Assembly (NCBI GenBank): GCA_964575675.1
Contig: CAZNRY010000005.1
Span: 1-45,953 of the forward strand
DNA length: 45,953 bases
Direction of reading: 5' to 3'
From: an uncultured bacterium
GTDB taxonomy: Bacteria; Eisenbacteria; RBG-16-71-46; CAIMUX01; VGJL01
The position numbers and the translations under genes are program-made. Shown piece after piece: positions 1-9,722 of the stretch (its first letter is position 1; each line of letters opens with the position of its first letter). The notes under the pieces were generated by a model. It was given only the letters and a program-made list of their open reading frames with translations. It did no database searches and was not told where the DNA came from.

Positions 1-125
1 GCATGGCGAACGAGTCGCGGGCGGGTGCATGTGGCGGGATGCGCCAGGCGAGCGCGGCAACCGTTTCGGGATTCGATCAAACTGGTCTACACTAGGACGT
101 TCTGCACCGACGGCCAGGAGAGAAG

Positions 126-545
126 ATGAGCGCAAATGTTCTCACCATCGAGCAAGCCAACAAGATCCTCCCGATCGTCGAGAGGGGCGTCCGGTTCATC
201 CGCCGGAAGGCGGTCGAAATCATCCGCACGCAGGACCGTCTCTCCGTCCTCTCCCTCGTGGGAGGCGATGATCCGCGGAGCCCAGAGCACAAGGAGTTCG
301 ATCGACAGCGCCACTTGATCGAGGAGCTCGTCCAGGCATACAACGCCCGCCTCGAGGAACTCGACCAGCTCGGCTGCATGATCAAGGATCTCAACCTCGG
401 CCTGGTCGACTTCTACGGAAAAGTGAACGGTCGCATGGTCTTCCTCTGTTGGAAGCTGGGCGAGAAGAAGATCTCCTTCTGGCACGACCTCGAGAGCGGT
501 TTTGCGGGAAGACGGCCGATCAGCGAGCTGGAGCGCGAAAAGTAG
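126..545 (+). CDS. DUF2203 family protein
   Basis: 139 aa; N-terminal LTIEQANKILP and C-terminal IKDLNLGLVDFY...VFLCWKLGEKKISFWHDLESGFAGRRPI match the DUF2203 pattern; AGGAG RBS upstream. Confidence 0.85.
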   Translation: MSANVLTIEQANKILPIVERGVRFIRRKAVEIIRTQDRLSVLSLVGGDDPRSPEHKEFDRQRHLIEELVQAYNARLEELDQLGCMIKDLNLGLVDFYGKVNGRMVFLCWKLGEKKISFWHDLESGFAGRRPISELEREK

Positions 546-557
546 GCGGAGGGTTCG

Positions 558-1781
558 ATGGCGCAAACGAAGATCCCGGCGATACGCCCGAGCGTGATGG
601 CACTCCAGGATGAGATGGTCCGGTCCCGGCGCGAGCTTCACGAGCATCCCGAGCTCGGCTTCAAGGAGGAGGAAACGGCGAAGAGGATCGCGGAGGCGTT
701 GCGGACGGATTTCCCCCAGATCAAGACGGGAATCGCAAAGACCGGACTCTCCGCGCTGTTGGAGCCGAAGGGAATATCGGGACGCGCGATCCTCTTCCGG
801 GCCGACATGGACGCGCTGCCGATTCAGGAAGAAACGGGCGCGGCGTATGCGTCACGGAACCCCGGGGTGATGCACGCGTGCGGTCACGACTGCCACATGG
901 CGGTGCTCCTCCACACGGCGCGGCACGCCGCGCGGGCTCCGGATGCGATCGCGGGCGCGGTGCGCTTCATCTTCCAACCGGCCGAGGAAGGTCCCGGCGG
1001 GGCGGAGGCGATGATCCGCGAGGGGATCCTGAATGATCCAGCAATCGAGGCCGCGTTCGGTCTTCACATCTGGAGCGGGCTGACGGTCGGAAAGATCGCG
1101 GTAAGATCCGGCCATGTCATGGCGGCGGCCGACGAGTTCAAGATCACCGTCCACGGGCGGGGCGGGCACGCCGCCTATCCGCACGAGACGGTCGACTCGA
1201 TCATGGTCGCAAGCCAGATCGTCGTCGCCCTTCAGACCCTCGTGTCGCGCAACACCGATCCGTTCGAGACCGCCGTCGTGACGATCGGCACGTTCAACTC
1301 GGGCCAGGCGTTCAACATCATCGCCGAGAGGGCGGAACTCGGCGGGACGCTCCGGACCTTCGATTCCGATCTGCGCGATCGCTTGATCCGCCGCATCAGG
1401 GAGGTCGCCGAGGGGATCGCCCACTCCTTCGGGGCGACCTGCTCGGTCGAGTTCCTCACCGGCTACCCGGCGACGATCAACGATCGGCGCATGGCCGATT
1501 TCGCCGCCGCCATCGCGGGCGAGATCGTCGGACCCGAAAATGTTGTCCGCGACCTTGTTTCGATGGGCGGAGAGGACATGAGCTACTACCTGAACGAGGT
1601 GCCCGGGGTTTTCATTTTCCTGGGTGGCGGGAACGCCGAGCAGGGAATCGTCCATCCGCACCACAATCCGCGGTTCGACTTCGATGAAAAGGCGATGCCG
1701 ATCGGGGTCGAGCTCTTTCTGCGAATCATGGAGAAGTACTGGGACGCGTTCCCACATCCGCCTGGGAAACCGATTCGGTGA
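558..1781 (+). CDS. M20 family amidohydrolase (M20D, Acy1/YhaA-like)
   Basis: Motifs RRELHEHPELGF, RADMDALP, MHACGHD, FQPAEEG, GGHAA, MGGED, HHNPRFDFDE. Confidence 0.93.
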   Translation: MAQTKIPAIRPSVMALQDEMVRSRRELHEHPELGFKEEETAKRIAEALRTDFPQIKTGIAKTGLSALLEPKGISGRAILFRADMDALPIQEETGAAYASRNPGVMHACGHDCHMAVLLHTARHAARAPDAIAGAVRFIFQPAEEGPGGAEAMIREGILNDPAIEAAFGLHIWSGLTVGKIAVRSGHVMAAADEFKITVHGRGGHAAYPHETVDSIMVASQIVVALQTLVSRNTDPFETAVVTIGTFNSGQAFNIIAERAELGGTLRTFDSDLRDRLIRRIREVAEGIAHSFGATCSVEFLTGYPATINDRRMADFAAAIAGEIVGPENVVRDLVSMGGEDMSYYLNEVPGVFIFLGGGNAEQGIVHPHHNPRFDFDEKAMPIGVELFLRIMEKYWDAFPHPPGKPIR

Positions 1782-1814
1782 GGGGAAGTAGGTGAAGAGA
1801 GGGCGACGGCTCCC

Positions 1815-2330
1815 ATGAACCTGATCCTCGTCCGGCACGCCGAGGCCGCAGCGCAAACTCTCTCGATCGCGGACGGAGAGCGTCCCCTCACGGCAGCCGG
1901 GGAGAAGGCATCGGCAAGGGCAGGCCGGTTGATCGCCGGCTTGAACCTGTCCGAACCCCGCATCGTCTGCAGCCCGAAGCTGCGGGCCCGGCAGACGGCG
2001 GCGATTCTCGCATCGACCATCGGAGTCGGCGCGCCGCAAGAACTGGCGTGCCTTCTCGGGGGACTCGACCCGGACTTGATTCTGAGCGGCCTCGAGCGGC
2101 CCGCCGACTCCGGGACACTGATCGCCGTCGGCCACGAGCCGGACATGGGGCGTCTGCTCGCGCGTTTGATCGATCCGGCTTGGGGCGGGACGATTCCCTT
2201 CCCCACCACCGGTCTCGCCTGGATAGAGATCGGAGCCTTTCCGCCGCCACGGGCGGGAAGGCTCCGATTATTCGCGGATCCGAGGTGCCTCGCTACTTCC
2301 CGAGCGTCTTCATCCCCGGCTTCCAGTTGA
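1815..2330 (+). CDS. sixA: Phosphohistidine phosphatase SixA-like (histidine phosphatase superfamily)
   Basis: LILVRHAEA, RPLT, SPKLRARQTA, VGHEP motifs; 3' end overlaps the convergent ahpC by 38 nt. Confidence 0.8.
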   Translation: MNLILVRHAEAAAQTLSIADGERPLTAAGEKASARAGRLIAGLNLSEPRIVCSPKLRARQTAAILASTIGVGAPQELACLLGGLDPDLILSGLERPADSGTLIAVGHEPDMGRLLARLIDPAWGGTIPFPTTGLAWIEIGAFPPPRAGRLRLFADPRCLATSRASSSPASS

Positions 2331-2811
2331 GCCCGCAGTTCTCGCCCGTTTGGAGCGCCTGAAGGACGCGAAGGACCTCGTCGATGTTCCGGCCCACGCC
2401 GAGATCGTTCACGAGCGCCCAGCGGAGCTTCCCGTCCGGATCGATGATGAAGGTGCCGCGCAGGGCGATCCCCTTCTCCTCCATCAGGACGCCATAACGC
2501 CGCGCCGTCTCGCGGGTGATGTCGCTGAAGAGCGGGTAGCGAAGCTCACCGATCTCCTTGACCCACGCCTTGTGCGAGAACACGCTATCCGTGCTGCCGC
2601 CGAGGACGACCGCGTTCAGGGCCGTGAACTCCTGATTTCGTTCGCTGAAACCGGTAACCTCGGTCGGACAGACGAAGGTGAAATCGAGCGGATAGAAGAA
2701 CAGGACGACCCACTTGCCGCGGTACTCGGCGAGGGTCACCTCACCGAACTCCCCACCGACAAAAGTGGGCATCTTGAAATCGGGCGCCATCTGACCTACA
2801 CGAACGCTCAT
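2293..2811 (-). CDS. ahpC: Typical 2-Cys peroxiredoxin (AhpC/Prx1)
   Basis: FFYPLDFTFVCPTE peroxidatic motif, RGTFIIDPDG, VGRNIDEVLR, C-terminal Cys (ENCGLNWKPG); start reset to ATG 2811 with AAGAGGAG RBS. Confidence 0.93.
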   Translation of the reverse strand: MSVRVGQMAPDFKMPTFVGGEFGEVTLAEYRGKWVVLFFYPLDFTFVCPTEVTGFSERNQEFTALNAVVLGGSTDSVFSHKAWVKEIGELRYPLFSDITRETARRYGVLMEEKGIALRGTFIIDPDGKLRWALVNDLGVGRNIDEVLRVLQALQTGENCGLNWKPGMKTLGK

Positions 2812-3008
2812 CGTCGCTTCTCTCCTCTTTATTGTCTGAATGGGCACGCGGGAGTGATCTCGCGGAACCCGCGGCCGGGCGGTGGAACTCACCTTCCTTG
2901 AGACTTCTTTTTAGGATAACGCACCCCCGGTCCCTCGCCAACTACCGGGATAGGTCCCGGAAGGGAGCCCCGGTCGTGGTACGCTCGTCTGCAGGAGGAA
3001 GAACGAAG

Positions 3009-3575
3009 ATGCTCCATAAGAACCAGTCGATTCTGGTGGTAGTGGATGTGCAGTCGAAACTTCTACCCTCGATCCACCAAACGGACGAGACCGTCGAGCA
3101 GATCTGCCGCCTGGTCCGCGGGTTTCGGATCATCGGAGCTCCGGTCCTCGTGACCGAGCAATACAGGAAGGGTCTCGGCGAGACCGATCCGAGGATCCAG
3201 GCTACCGTCGCCGACAAGGATCCTTCGGGCCGGGAGCACGGGTTCGCACCGCTGGAAAAGATGTACTTCTCCTGCGTCCTGGACGACCCGTTCCGCGCCG
3301 CGCTCGAGGCGGCCGGGCGCCGGCAGGTTGTCCTGTGCGGGATCGAGGCGCACGTCTGCATCTACCAGACGGCGGTCCATCTGATCGAGCGAGGGTATCA
3401 CGTCGAAATCGCAGCCGACGCTGTCTCGTCGCGCTCGCCGTACAATAAGAAGATCGCACTCAAGCGTCTCGCGGCCGAAGGGGCGAAGATCTCGTGCGTC
3501 GAGATGGCCGTCTTCGAGATGTTGGAGATGTGCGGGACCGATCCGTTCAAGCAGTGGGTGAAGGCGATCCGCTGA
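3009..3575 (+). CDS. Isochorismatase-like cysteine hydrolase (YcaC-related)
   Basis: VVVDVQSKL, TEQYRKGLG, EKMYFSC, CGIEAHVCIYQT; ATG 3009 preceded by AGGAGGA. Confidence 0.9.
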   Translation: MLHKNQSILVVVDVQSKLLPSIHQTDETVEQICRLVRGFRIIGAPVLVTEQYRKGLGETDPRIQATVADKDPSGREHGFAPLEKMYFSCVLDDPFRAALEAAGRRQVVLCGIEAHVCIYQTAVHLIERGYHVEIAADAVSSRSPYNKKIALKRLAAEGAKISCVEMAVFEMLEMCGTDPFKQWVKAIR

Positions 3576-3641
3576 GAGTCGCGTGACGCGGGAGCGACGC
3601 GAGCCGCAGAACGCAACAAGGCCGAGACGGGGGAAGCGCAA

Positions 3642-5252
3642 ATGCGAATCGGACATCTCGCGGCGGCCGCGGCGCTCCTAGCCTCGCCGCTCGTAGCAAG
3701 TTCATCCGCCGCCGCTCCGTGGAACCCGTCCGGAGCCGAGAGCCTGAACGTCAGGATCCTCGGCTCCTACGCGGTCAACTCCCCCGTGAACAATTGGGAT
3801 TGCTGCGCCTACATCGATTCCTCGACGGGACACGAATACGGCATTCTCGGCGCAGATTCCGTCTACGTGATCGACCTCGCCGATCCCTCCCGCCCGAGGC
3901 GGGCGTCCGCGATCCCTCCGTATTCCCCGTCGCCGAACAAGTACGTGGACGTCGCCGTTCGCGGAGTCTATCTCTACGCCGCGGTACGCAAGGGCCCGAT
4001 ACGAATCGTAGATCTGACCGATCCGTACCTCCCGGTGATCCGGGGAGAGATCCCGCAGAACGAGTTCTGCGCCTGTTCGTGCGGACATCCATGCACCGAC
4101 CCGCAGCAGGCTGAGATCGAAACGATCTTCATCGACGAGCGCGGGATCCTCTACGTCACTGGGATCAACTGCGGAGAAGGGGTCCAGACCTACGACATCG
4201 CAACCGATCCGATCAATCCGAGATGGCTCTGCCAGATCAACACGCGCCCCGTCGGATCGAGCTCCTACACCCATGACATCTACGCGCGCGGTGGAATCCT
4301 CTATCTGTCGCGCTCCAGGCAGACCGCCTCGGTTCCGCCTCGTTGGGACATCCTGGACGGAGAACCCCTGTGTCCCGCGGTTCCCGGTCCCTGCGGCGAC
4401 GGATTGACGCCCGCCCTCATCTCGACGTTCACGCACGACGGGCCGGAGCTTCACGCGCATTCAGCCTGGCAGATGGACGATCCGCGCTATCTGCTGACGT
4501 GCGACGAGAAGACGAACGGCCACGTCCGCGTGTGGGACATCCAGGACCTCGCGCATCCCTTCCAGATCGCCGAGTACCAGACCGACGGGACCTGTCATAG
4601 CGTGCACAACGCCTACCCCTTCGGAACGACCGTCTACACCGCTTGGTTCAACAAGGGACTCCAGGTCTACGACCTCTCCTCTCCAGAAACCCCGGTCCGG
4701 GTCGGCTACTACCAGCACCCCTCTCGATGGCTCGATCGCCCCGGAGATCCATGCTGCGATCCGACCCTCGGGGCGCAGGCGGGCTGCCGCGGCATCTGGT
4801 TCATCGACCCGTTCTTCCCTTCGGGGATCTTCATCGCTTCCGAGATGAACAATGGACTTCTCGTAGGGCGATTCCAGAGGGAGGCCGTGGACGCCGGCCC
4901 GCCCGCGGAAGAGACGGGAGGGGCAGTGATGGACGTTTCCGTGCTCCGCGCGGAGCGGATCGCGGGCAAACGCGGGCTTCGGATCGTTTGGCGGGGACCG
5001 GATGGAGACCGAGCCGGGCGGCCCGGTCCACTCGAGATCTTCACCGCATCGGGCCGGCTCGTCGCGCGTCTTCGGGACGGCATCTCGGACCCACCCGGGC
5101 GACTCATCTATCTGTGGGACGGCGCCGACGAATCGGGGCGCCCGCTTCCCTCAGGCATATACTTCGCGCGGCCGCCCGGCGGCCTGGCGACGGGCGCGAT
5201 GGGAAAGCTGTTCCTGCTGAACGAGCAGATCGGCTCGAGTAGATCTGAGTAG
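3642..5252 (+). CDS. Secreted LVIVD/choice-of-anchor-B-type beta-propeller protein with C-terminal FlgD-Ig-like domain
   Basis: Signal peptide; repeated (V/I)(I/Y/W)DL(A/T/S)DPxxP blades; YTHD, HAHS, HSVHN motifs; C-terminal EIFTASGRLVARL...WDGADESGRPLPSGIYFAR. Confidence 0.75.
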   Translation: MRIGHLAAAAALLASPLVASSSAAAPWNPSGAESLNVRILGSYAVNSPVNNWDCCAYIDSSTGHEYGILGADSVYVIDLADPSRPRRASAIPPYSPSPNKYVDVAVRGVYLYAAVRKGPIRIVDLTDPYLPVIRGEIPQNEFCACSCGHPCTDPQQAEIETIFIDERGILYVTGINCGEGVQTYDIATDPINPRWLCQINTRPVGSSSYTHDIYARGGILYLSRSRQTASVPPRWDILDGEPLCPAVPGPCGDGLTPALISTFTHDGPELHAHSAWQMDDPRYLLTCDEKTNGHVRVWDIQDLAHPFQIAEYQTDGTCHSVHNAYPFGTTVYTAWFNKGLQVYDLSSPETPVRVGYYQHPSRWLDRPGDPCCDPTLGAQAGCRGIWFIDPFFPSGIFIASEMNNGLLVGRFQREAVDAGPPAEETGGAVMDVSVLRAERIAGKRGLRIVWRGPDGDRAGRPGPLEIFTASGRLVARLRDGISDPPGRLIYLWDGADESGRPLPSGIYFARPPGGLATGAMGKLFLLNEQIGSSRSE

Positions 5253-5345
5253 CTCGCCCCGCGCATCCACTCGGTCCGGCTATTGTCCCGGGGGCGCCGG
5301 ACCTCGCGGCGCGCGGTCTCGCTCCTCGGCCGAAGTCAAACTTGT

Positions 5346-6929
5346 TTAGCCTCCGAAGACGATCCGCCGCACCTCGTCGAACCGGTCCTTCCCGCACGCG
5401 AGGAGCATGAGCCCCGGCACCCGCTCGCGCGCGAGATCGACCATCCTTTGCGAGACGCGCCGGATGTCCCACTGCGCGTGGGCATCGCAGCGCAAGCGGG
5501 CGACATGATAGAGCTCGCGGACATTGAGCCCCAGAATCACGCGGCGGCGGTGCGCGTTGAGCAGGACGTAACCCGCTGCCTCGGGCCCAGCGCGATCGAG
5601 CAGCTGGCCGTGCAGCAACTCCGCCTCGCGGCGCAGTTCGTCGAGCGGTTCGATCAATGCGGTTTCCACAAACGACGGCGGGACGGTGATGCCGAGCCGG
5701 GGATCGTAGTCTTGCGTCGTGAGGGTCGCCATCCGGTGCCGCTTCAGTTGGGCGAAGCACGTCGCCGAGACGACGAGCTCGAAGCGCAGGTGCGCGTGCT
5801 CGAACTCGCGAAGTACAGGATCGTGGGGCGCGAGATCGCGCAGCGCGGTCGCGAGGATTTCGCGCCGGCCCGTCGCGCCGATCGCCTCCGCCCTCCGCCG
5901 GCAGGTCTCCGCAGAGGCATGTCCGTAGCTGTGGAGCAAGGCCGCCACGACCCTGGCCTCCGCGTCCTCCGGAACGTCGAGCAGAATGGCATCGATCCCG
6001 TCCGGTCCGCCGAGTCCGGCGGCGGCATCCTCGCCGCCCTTGCCACCGGCCTCCTCTGCCCCTTCGGAAAAAGCCTCCAGGACCGCGGTTATCGTCCGTA
6101 AGGCGGGGCCGGTCTTGAGACGGAACTCGCCCGGGTCGGTGTGCTTGACGACCGACGGCGCGATCCCCGCGATCGCCGCGCCCAGAGCAATCGAGAACTC
6201 TCGCAGCTCGGACAGCGGATGCGCCGCCGTCCGCCCGATCAGAGCTTCTAGGTTTCGAGCATTGAGCGTCTCGCCGAGCTGCACCGTCGTCGCCAGGGAG
6301 AGCCCGTAACGGGCATCCTCTTTGGCGAACCCCTCGAGTGTTCGATGGTTCTTCTTCGATGCGGCGAGATCCGGATTCCTCTCGAAGACCCACGGATGCA
6401 GCTTCTGATAGGCGGCTTGATAGAACGCGTTCTCGCGCGCGAGCAGAGCGCGGAACGGCTCGCCGAGCCCCGCCAACCGGATCTCCTCCGGAACGATGAA
6501 ATCCTCGCCGAGAAGGATATAGCGTTGCGACTTCTCGGTGTACGAGCAGAGTCGCATCTTCTGGATCTCTTCCACGGCGAGGCGGGACACGCCGGTGATA
6601 TCGAGGTTGAATACGGCGTGCTCCGCAACCGAGGAATGGCCGAGGCCGAAGATGATCGCTTCGTTCGAGCGGCGTGCCGCGTCGACCTCGTTCCTTGCGA
6701 TCGCCCGGAGCTCGTCGATCGGGCGCGGGTCGCGGCTGATCCTCGCGTAGGCGGCCGAAAGGGTCTCGGGGGTCCAGTTGTCGCGTGCGAGGATGCTCTC
6801 GGCTGCCTCGCGCGCAGCGTCCGCCGCAGCGGACAGCCCTGCCGGAATCGCCGCCGCCGAGGCGATCGCGCGGCGGATCTCGAGGAGGAGATCCCGGTCG
6901 ATGTTGTGTCCCGCCAAACGGACTTCCAT
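5346..6929 (-). CDS. thyX: FAD-dependent thymidylate synthase ThyX, double-domain type
   Basis: AYARISR, GHSSVAEHAVF, SYTEKSQRY, EDARY, NARNL; second half has REFEH, QLKRHR, NVRELYH, HAQWDIR. Confidence 0.85.
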   Translation of the reverse strand: MEVRLAGHNIDRDLLLEIRRAIASAAAIPAGLSAAADAAREAAESILARDNWTPETLSAAYARISRDPRPIDELRAIARNEVDAARRSNEAIIFGLGHSSVAEHAVFNLDITGVSRLAVEEIQKMRLCSYTEKSQRYILLGEDFIVPEEIRLAGLGEPFRALLARENAFYQAAYQKLHPWVFERNPDLAASKKNHRTLEGFAKEDARYGLSLATTVQLGETLNARNLEALIGRTAAHPLSELREFSIALGAAIAGIAPSVVKHTDPGEFRLKTGPALRTITAVLEAFSEGAEEAGGKGGEDAAAGLGGPDGIDAILLDVPEDAEARVVAALLHSYGHASAETCRRRAEAIGATGRREILATALRDLAPHDPVLREFEHAHLRFELVVSATCFAQLKRHRMATLTTQDYDPRLGITVPPSFVETALIEPLDELRREAELLHGQLLDRAGPEAAGYVLLNAHRRRVILGLNVRELYHVARLRCDAHAQWDIRRVSQRMVDLARERVPGLMLLACGKDRFDEVRRIVFGG

Positions 6930-6965
6930 GGCGGCAGATCCTTCTTGGGCGATCGTGCTTGAAGG

Positions 6966-8171
6966 CTAGGGTTGGAGGGCCTTGCGCAGCCAATCGACGC
7001 CGCCGGCGCGGCGGACCGTCCGCCCGGCCAGGGCGGCGCACTCCGCGGCCACGCTGTCCCCCACCAAAACCTGCACCCGCCCGAGCGTCCATCCTTCGGC
7101 GACGGGCGCCCGCGTGCTCGAGGGGGCCGCGACCGCCACGCGGATGTCCGCTGCCCGGCGCGTCGGAACGAGAACGCTCAGATCATCCCCGGCGACGAGA
7201 GGAACGGAGTTGCCCTTGCCGGAGCTGACGGTGAGATCCTGACCGAGGTCTTGTCCCTTGGCCAGCACGGGAACCCGTTGCCATTCTCTGAAGGCCTTGT
7301 CCAACAGCTCAGCCGATTCCGAGAAACGGCGCCGATTGCTCGCCGCCCCGAGGAGGACGCTGACGACTCGCATCCCTCCCCGCTCGGCCGTCGAGACGAG
7401 GCAGTAGCCCGCCCGAGCCGTGTACCCGGTCTTCAATCCGTCACAACCCGGGTAGCGGGACAGCAGGCGATTCGTCGTGTGGATCTGCTGTCGCGACCGG
7501 ATCACCGTTTGCACGGTGCTCGATATCTCGAGCGCCTCGGGCATCGCGATCAACTCCCGCGCCAGAATCGCCAGGTCCCAAGCGTTCGTTACGTTCCCCG
7601 GTTCGCCGCTCCGATCGAGCCCGTGAACGTTTTCATAACGCGTCGAGACCATGCCGAGATCCCGCGCCCGCCGGTTCATCCTGTCCACGCACGCACGGAT
7701 CGACCCGGCCACGTGAGCCGCGAGCGCCGTCGCCGCATCGTTCGCGGAGGCGATCGCCGTCGCATGGAGCAGATCGCGGACCGTCACGGCCTCGCCCACG
7801 CGCAGGCGCACGCGCGTTCCGCGGACTTTCTTGACGTCGGGCGGGACGATAACCACGTCGTCGAGGGTGATCTCCCCCGCGCGGATCGCTTCCAGCGCGA
7901 CCAGCTCGAGCATCATCTTCGCAAGGCTCGCGGGAGCACGGGGCGTATAGGCTTCCTTCTGGTAGAGGACCGTGCCCGTCTCGACCTCGATCACGAGCGC
8001 CGCGTCATAGGTGGGCGCTTTGGAGACGGCGGCCGCGCGGCGTTTGACCCGGCGGACCGGCTTGCGCCGGGAGCGCGCCAGCGAGTCCTCGACCGACAGG
8101 AAGAGGAAGAGGACTGCCAGCATCAACATCAGCACCCGGCCGGAAGCGACTCGCGTCCACCCCCGCATCAT
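6966..8171 (-). CDS. D-alanyl-D-alanine carboxypeptidase (peptidase S11, PBP5/6-like)
   Basis: SxxK (ASLAK), SxN (SAND), KTG (GLKTGYT) motifs; PBP5 C-terminal domain; N-terminal signal/anchor. Confidence 0.92.
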   Translation of the reverse strand: MMRGWTRVASGRVLMLMLAVLFLFLSVEDSLARSRRKPVRRVKRRAAAVSKAPTYDAALVIEVETGTVLYQKEAYTPRAPASLAKMMLELVALEAIRAGEITLDDVVIVPPDVKKVRGTRVRLRVGEAVTVRDLLHATAIASANDAATALAAHVAGSIRACVDRMNRRARDLGMVSTRYENVHGLDRSGEPGNVTNAWDLAILARELIAMPEALEISSTVQTVIRSRQQIHTTNRLLSRYPGCDGLKTGYTARAGYCLVSTAERGGMRVVSVLLGAASNRRRFSESAELLDKAFREWQRVPVLAKGQDLGQDLTVSSGKGNSVPLVAGDDLSVLVPTRRAADIRVAVAAPSSTRAPVAEGWTLGRVQVLVGDSVAAECAALAGRTVRRAGGVDWLRKALQP

Positions 8172-9373
8172 GAGCCGCCTCCGAAGAAGCGCCCGATCAC
8201 CTGGAAGACCGTCGCCTTCTTGAGGCTCGCCGATGCCACGACGGGCGTTCGTATGACGACCCCCTCATCGAGACGCAGCTCGACCACCCCGACGGTGTCG
8301 CCCTTGGCGACCGGCGCGAGCAGCCCCTTCTTGGGAACGAGAATCGGATCCGGCGGTTTGGCGCCGCTTGGGAGAATAGCGGCGAGGGGACCCGCCGCAA
8401 CCGCGTCGACGACCGGTTTCCTTCCCCCCTTGACCGGCACGCCGCCCGGGATGGGCGATCCCGCCGCGAGCACGATGTTTTGACGAAGCTGGGCGAAACC
8501 GGCGCCCAGGAGATGGGCGGTCTCCTGGAAACGCATCCTGTTCGACTCGGCGCCCATCACGACCGAGATGAACCGCATCCCCTTCCGCTCCGCCGTCGCG
8601 CAGAGACAGAATCCCGCCTTCCGCGTGTACCCGGTCTTGAGGCCATCCAGCCCGGGAAAGTCGCCGAGGAGCTTGTTCGTGTTCTGAAGAAGGAACTTCC
8701 CGTCGCGGAACGGAGCCTCTTGCGTGCTCGACCAGGCCAGGACGTGCGGCATCGCGACCAGGCGCCGCGCGATCTTCGAAATGTCCCGGGCGCTGGTGAC
8801 GTTCCCCACGCCCGGCTCGTCGTCCAGCCCGTGCACGTTGATGTAGCGCGTGCCCGTCAGGCCGAGTTCCCTCGCGCGGACGTTCATCAGGTCGACGAAA
8901 CCGTCGGCCGTCCCTGCGATGTGCTCCGCGACCGCCACGCAGGCATCGTTCGCCGAGGCGATCACGATCGCCCGCAGGAGATCCTCGAGAGGGAACACCT
9001 CGCCTTCGGCCAGATAGACCTGCGATCCCCCGATCTTGCTCGCCCAGGCAGACACCTGCACCAGCTCGTCGAGACGGAGCTCGCCTCGCTCGACCCGCTC
9101 GAGGACGAGCAGCTCCAGCATCAGCTTGGCGACACTCGCGGGCGCGCGCGGCAGATCGGCCGACTGTTCATAGAGGACTTCGCCGGTCGTCGGCTCGATC
9201 AGAATGGCGGAGATGGCCCGTATCGATGAGATCTCGATCTGCCAGGCATACGCCGGATTCGATTGACCGATGAGGAAGCACGCGGCGAGCGCCAGAAGGG
9301 CTTTGACGAAGGCGCGCCGGCCGATCGCGACCCGGGAGAATCCGTTCCCTGACGACCCTCGCACTCCCTGCAA
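8168..9373 (-). CDS. D-alanyl-D-alanine carboxypeptidase (peptidase S11, PBP5/6-like)
   Basis: ASVAK, SAND, GLKTGYT motifs; amphipathic C-terminal tail; TTG start with GGGAGG RBS. Confidence 0.92.
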   Translation of the reverse strand: MQGVRGSSGNGFSRVAIGRRAFVKALLALAACFLIGQSNPAYAWQIEISSIRAISAILIEPTTGEVLYEQSADLPRAPASVAKLMLELLVLERVERGELRLDELVQVSAWASKIGGSQVYLAEGEVFPLEDLLRAIVIASANDACVAVAEHIAGTADGFVDLMNVRARELGLTGTRYINVHGLDDEPGVGNVTSARDISKIARRLVAMPHVLAWSSTQEAPFRDGKFLLQNTNKLLGDFPGLDGLKTGYTRKAGFCLCATAERKGMRFISVVMGAESNRMRFQETAHLLGAGFAQLRQNIVLAAGSPIPGGVPVKGGRKPVVDAVAAGPLAAILPSGAKPPDPILVPKKGLLAPVAKGDTVGVVELRLDEGVVIRTPVVASASLKKATVFQVIGRFFGGGS

Positions 9374-9722
9374 CCTACCTCCCAGCCTTGGTAGTGGTCT
9401 GACTGTCGAAAATCCCCTGAAATGTTGGAATATAACGACTTAGCAGAACATTGGCGGCATCCTAACATCCTCCCCCGCCCCCGTCAACCCAACGGTCTCC
9501 CTGGGACGGCAACCCTGACGGCACCCCCAGGATGGCCTTGCAACACCTTTCCTCCTAGGGCATTGCAAGTATGGCTCTTTTCAGCCAGTCGCCTCGGATC
9601 GGACTCGAACCGGCTGGGAAGGAACCAGGCGACCCGGAAAATCGCGCATGGCGGGAGCGATCCCCGTGAGTGAGACTCGCTTCACCCTTGTGGTCGCCGT
9701 CAGGCATGAAGGAAGCAGCGTC

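Noticed and set aside
2293-2330. 38-nt convergent overlap of sixA and ahpC 3' ends
   Set aside because: The SixA tail is low-complexity read-through; short convergent overlaps are common.
5104-7092. 662-aa minus-strand ORF and other long alternative ORFs (6972-8483, 12324-14294, 16504-18090, 32714-34855, 34299-35780)
   Set aside because: Arg/Pro/Gly-rich shadow frames overlapping well-supported genes; expected in high-GC DNA; no recognisable motifs.
9421-9452. AT-rich imperfect palindrome as a dif site
   Set aside because: Does not match the XerC/XerD 11-6-11 consensus; more likely a promoter or IHF-type element in a divergent intergenic region.
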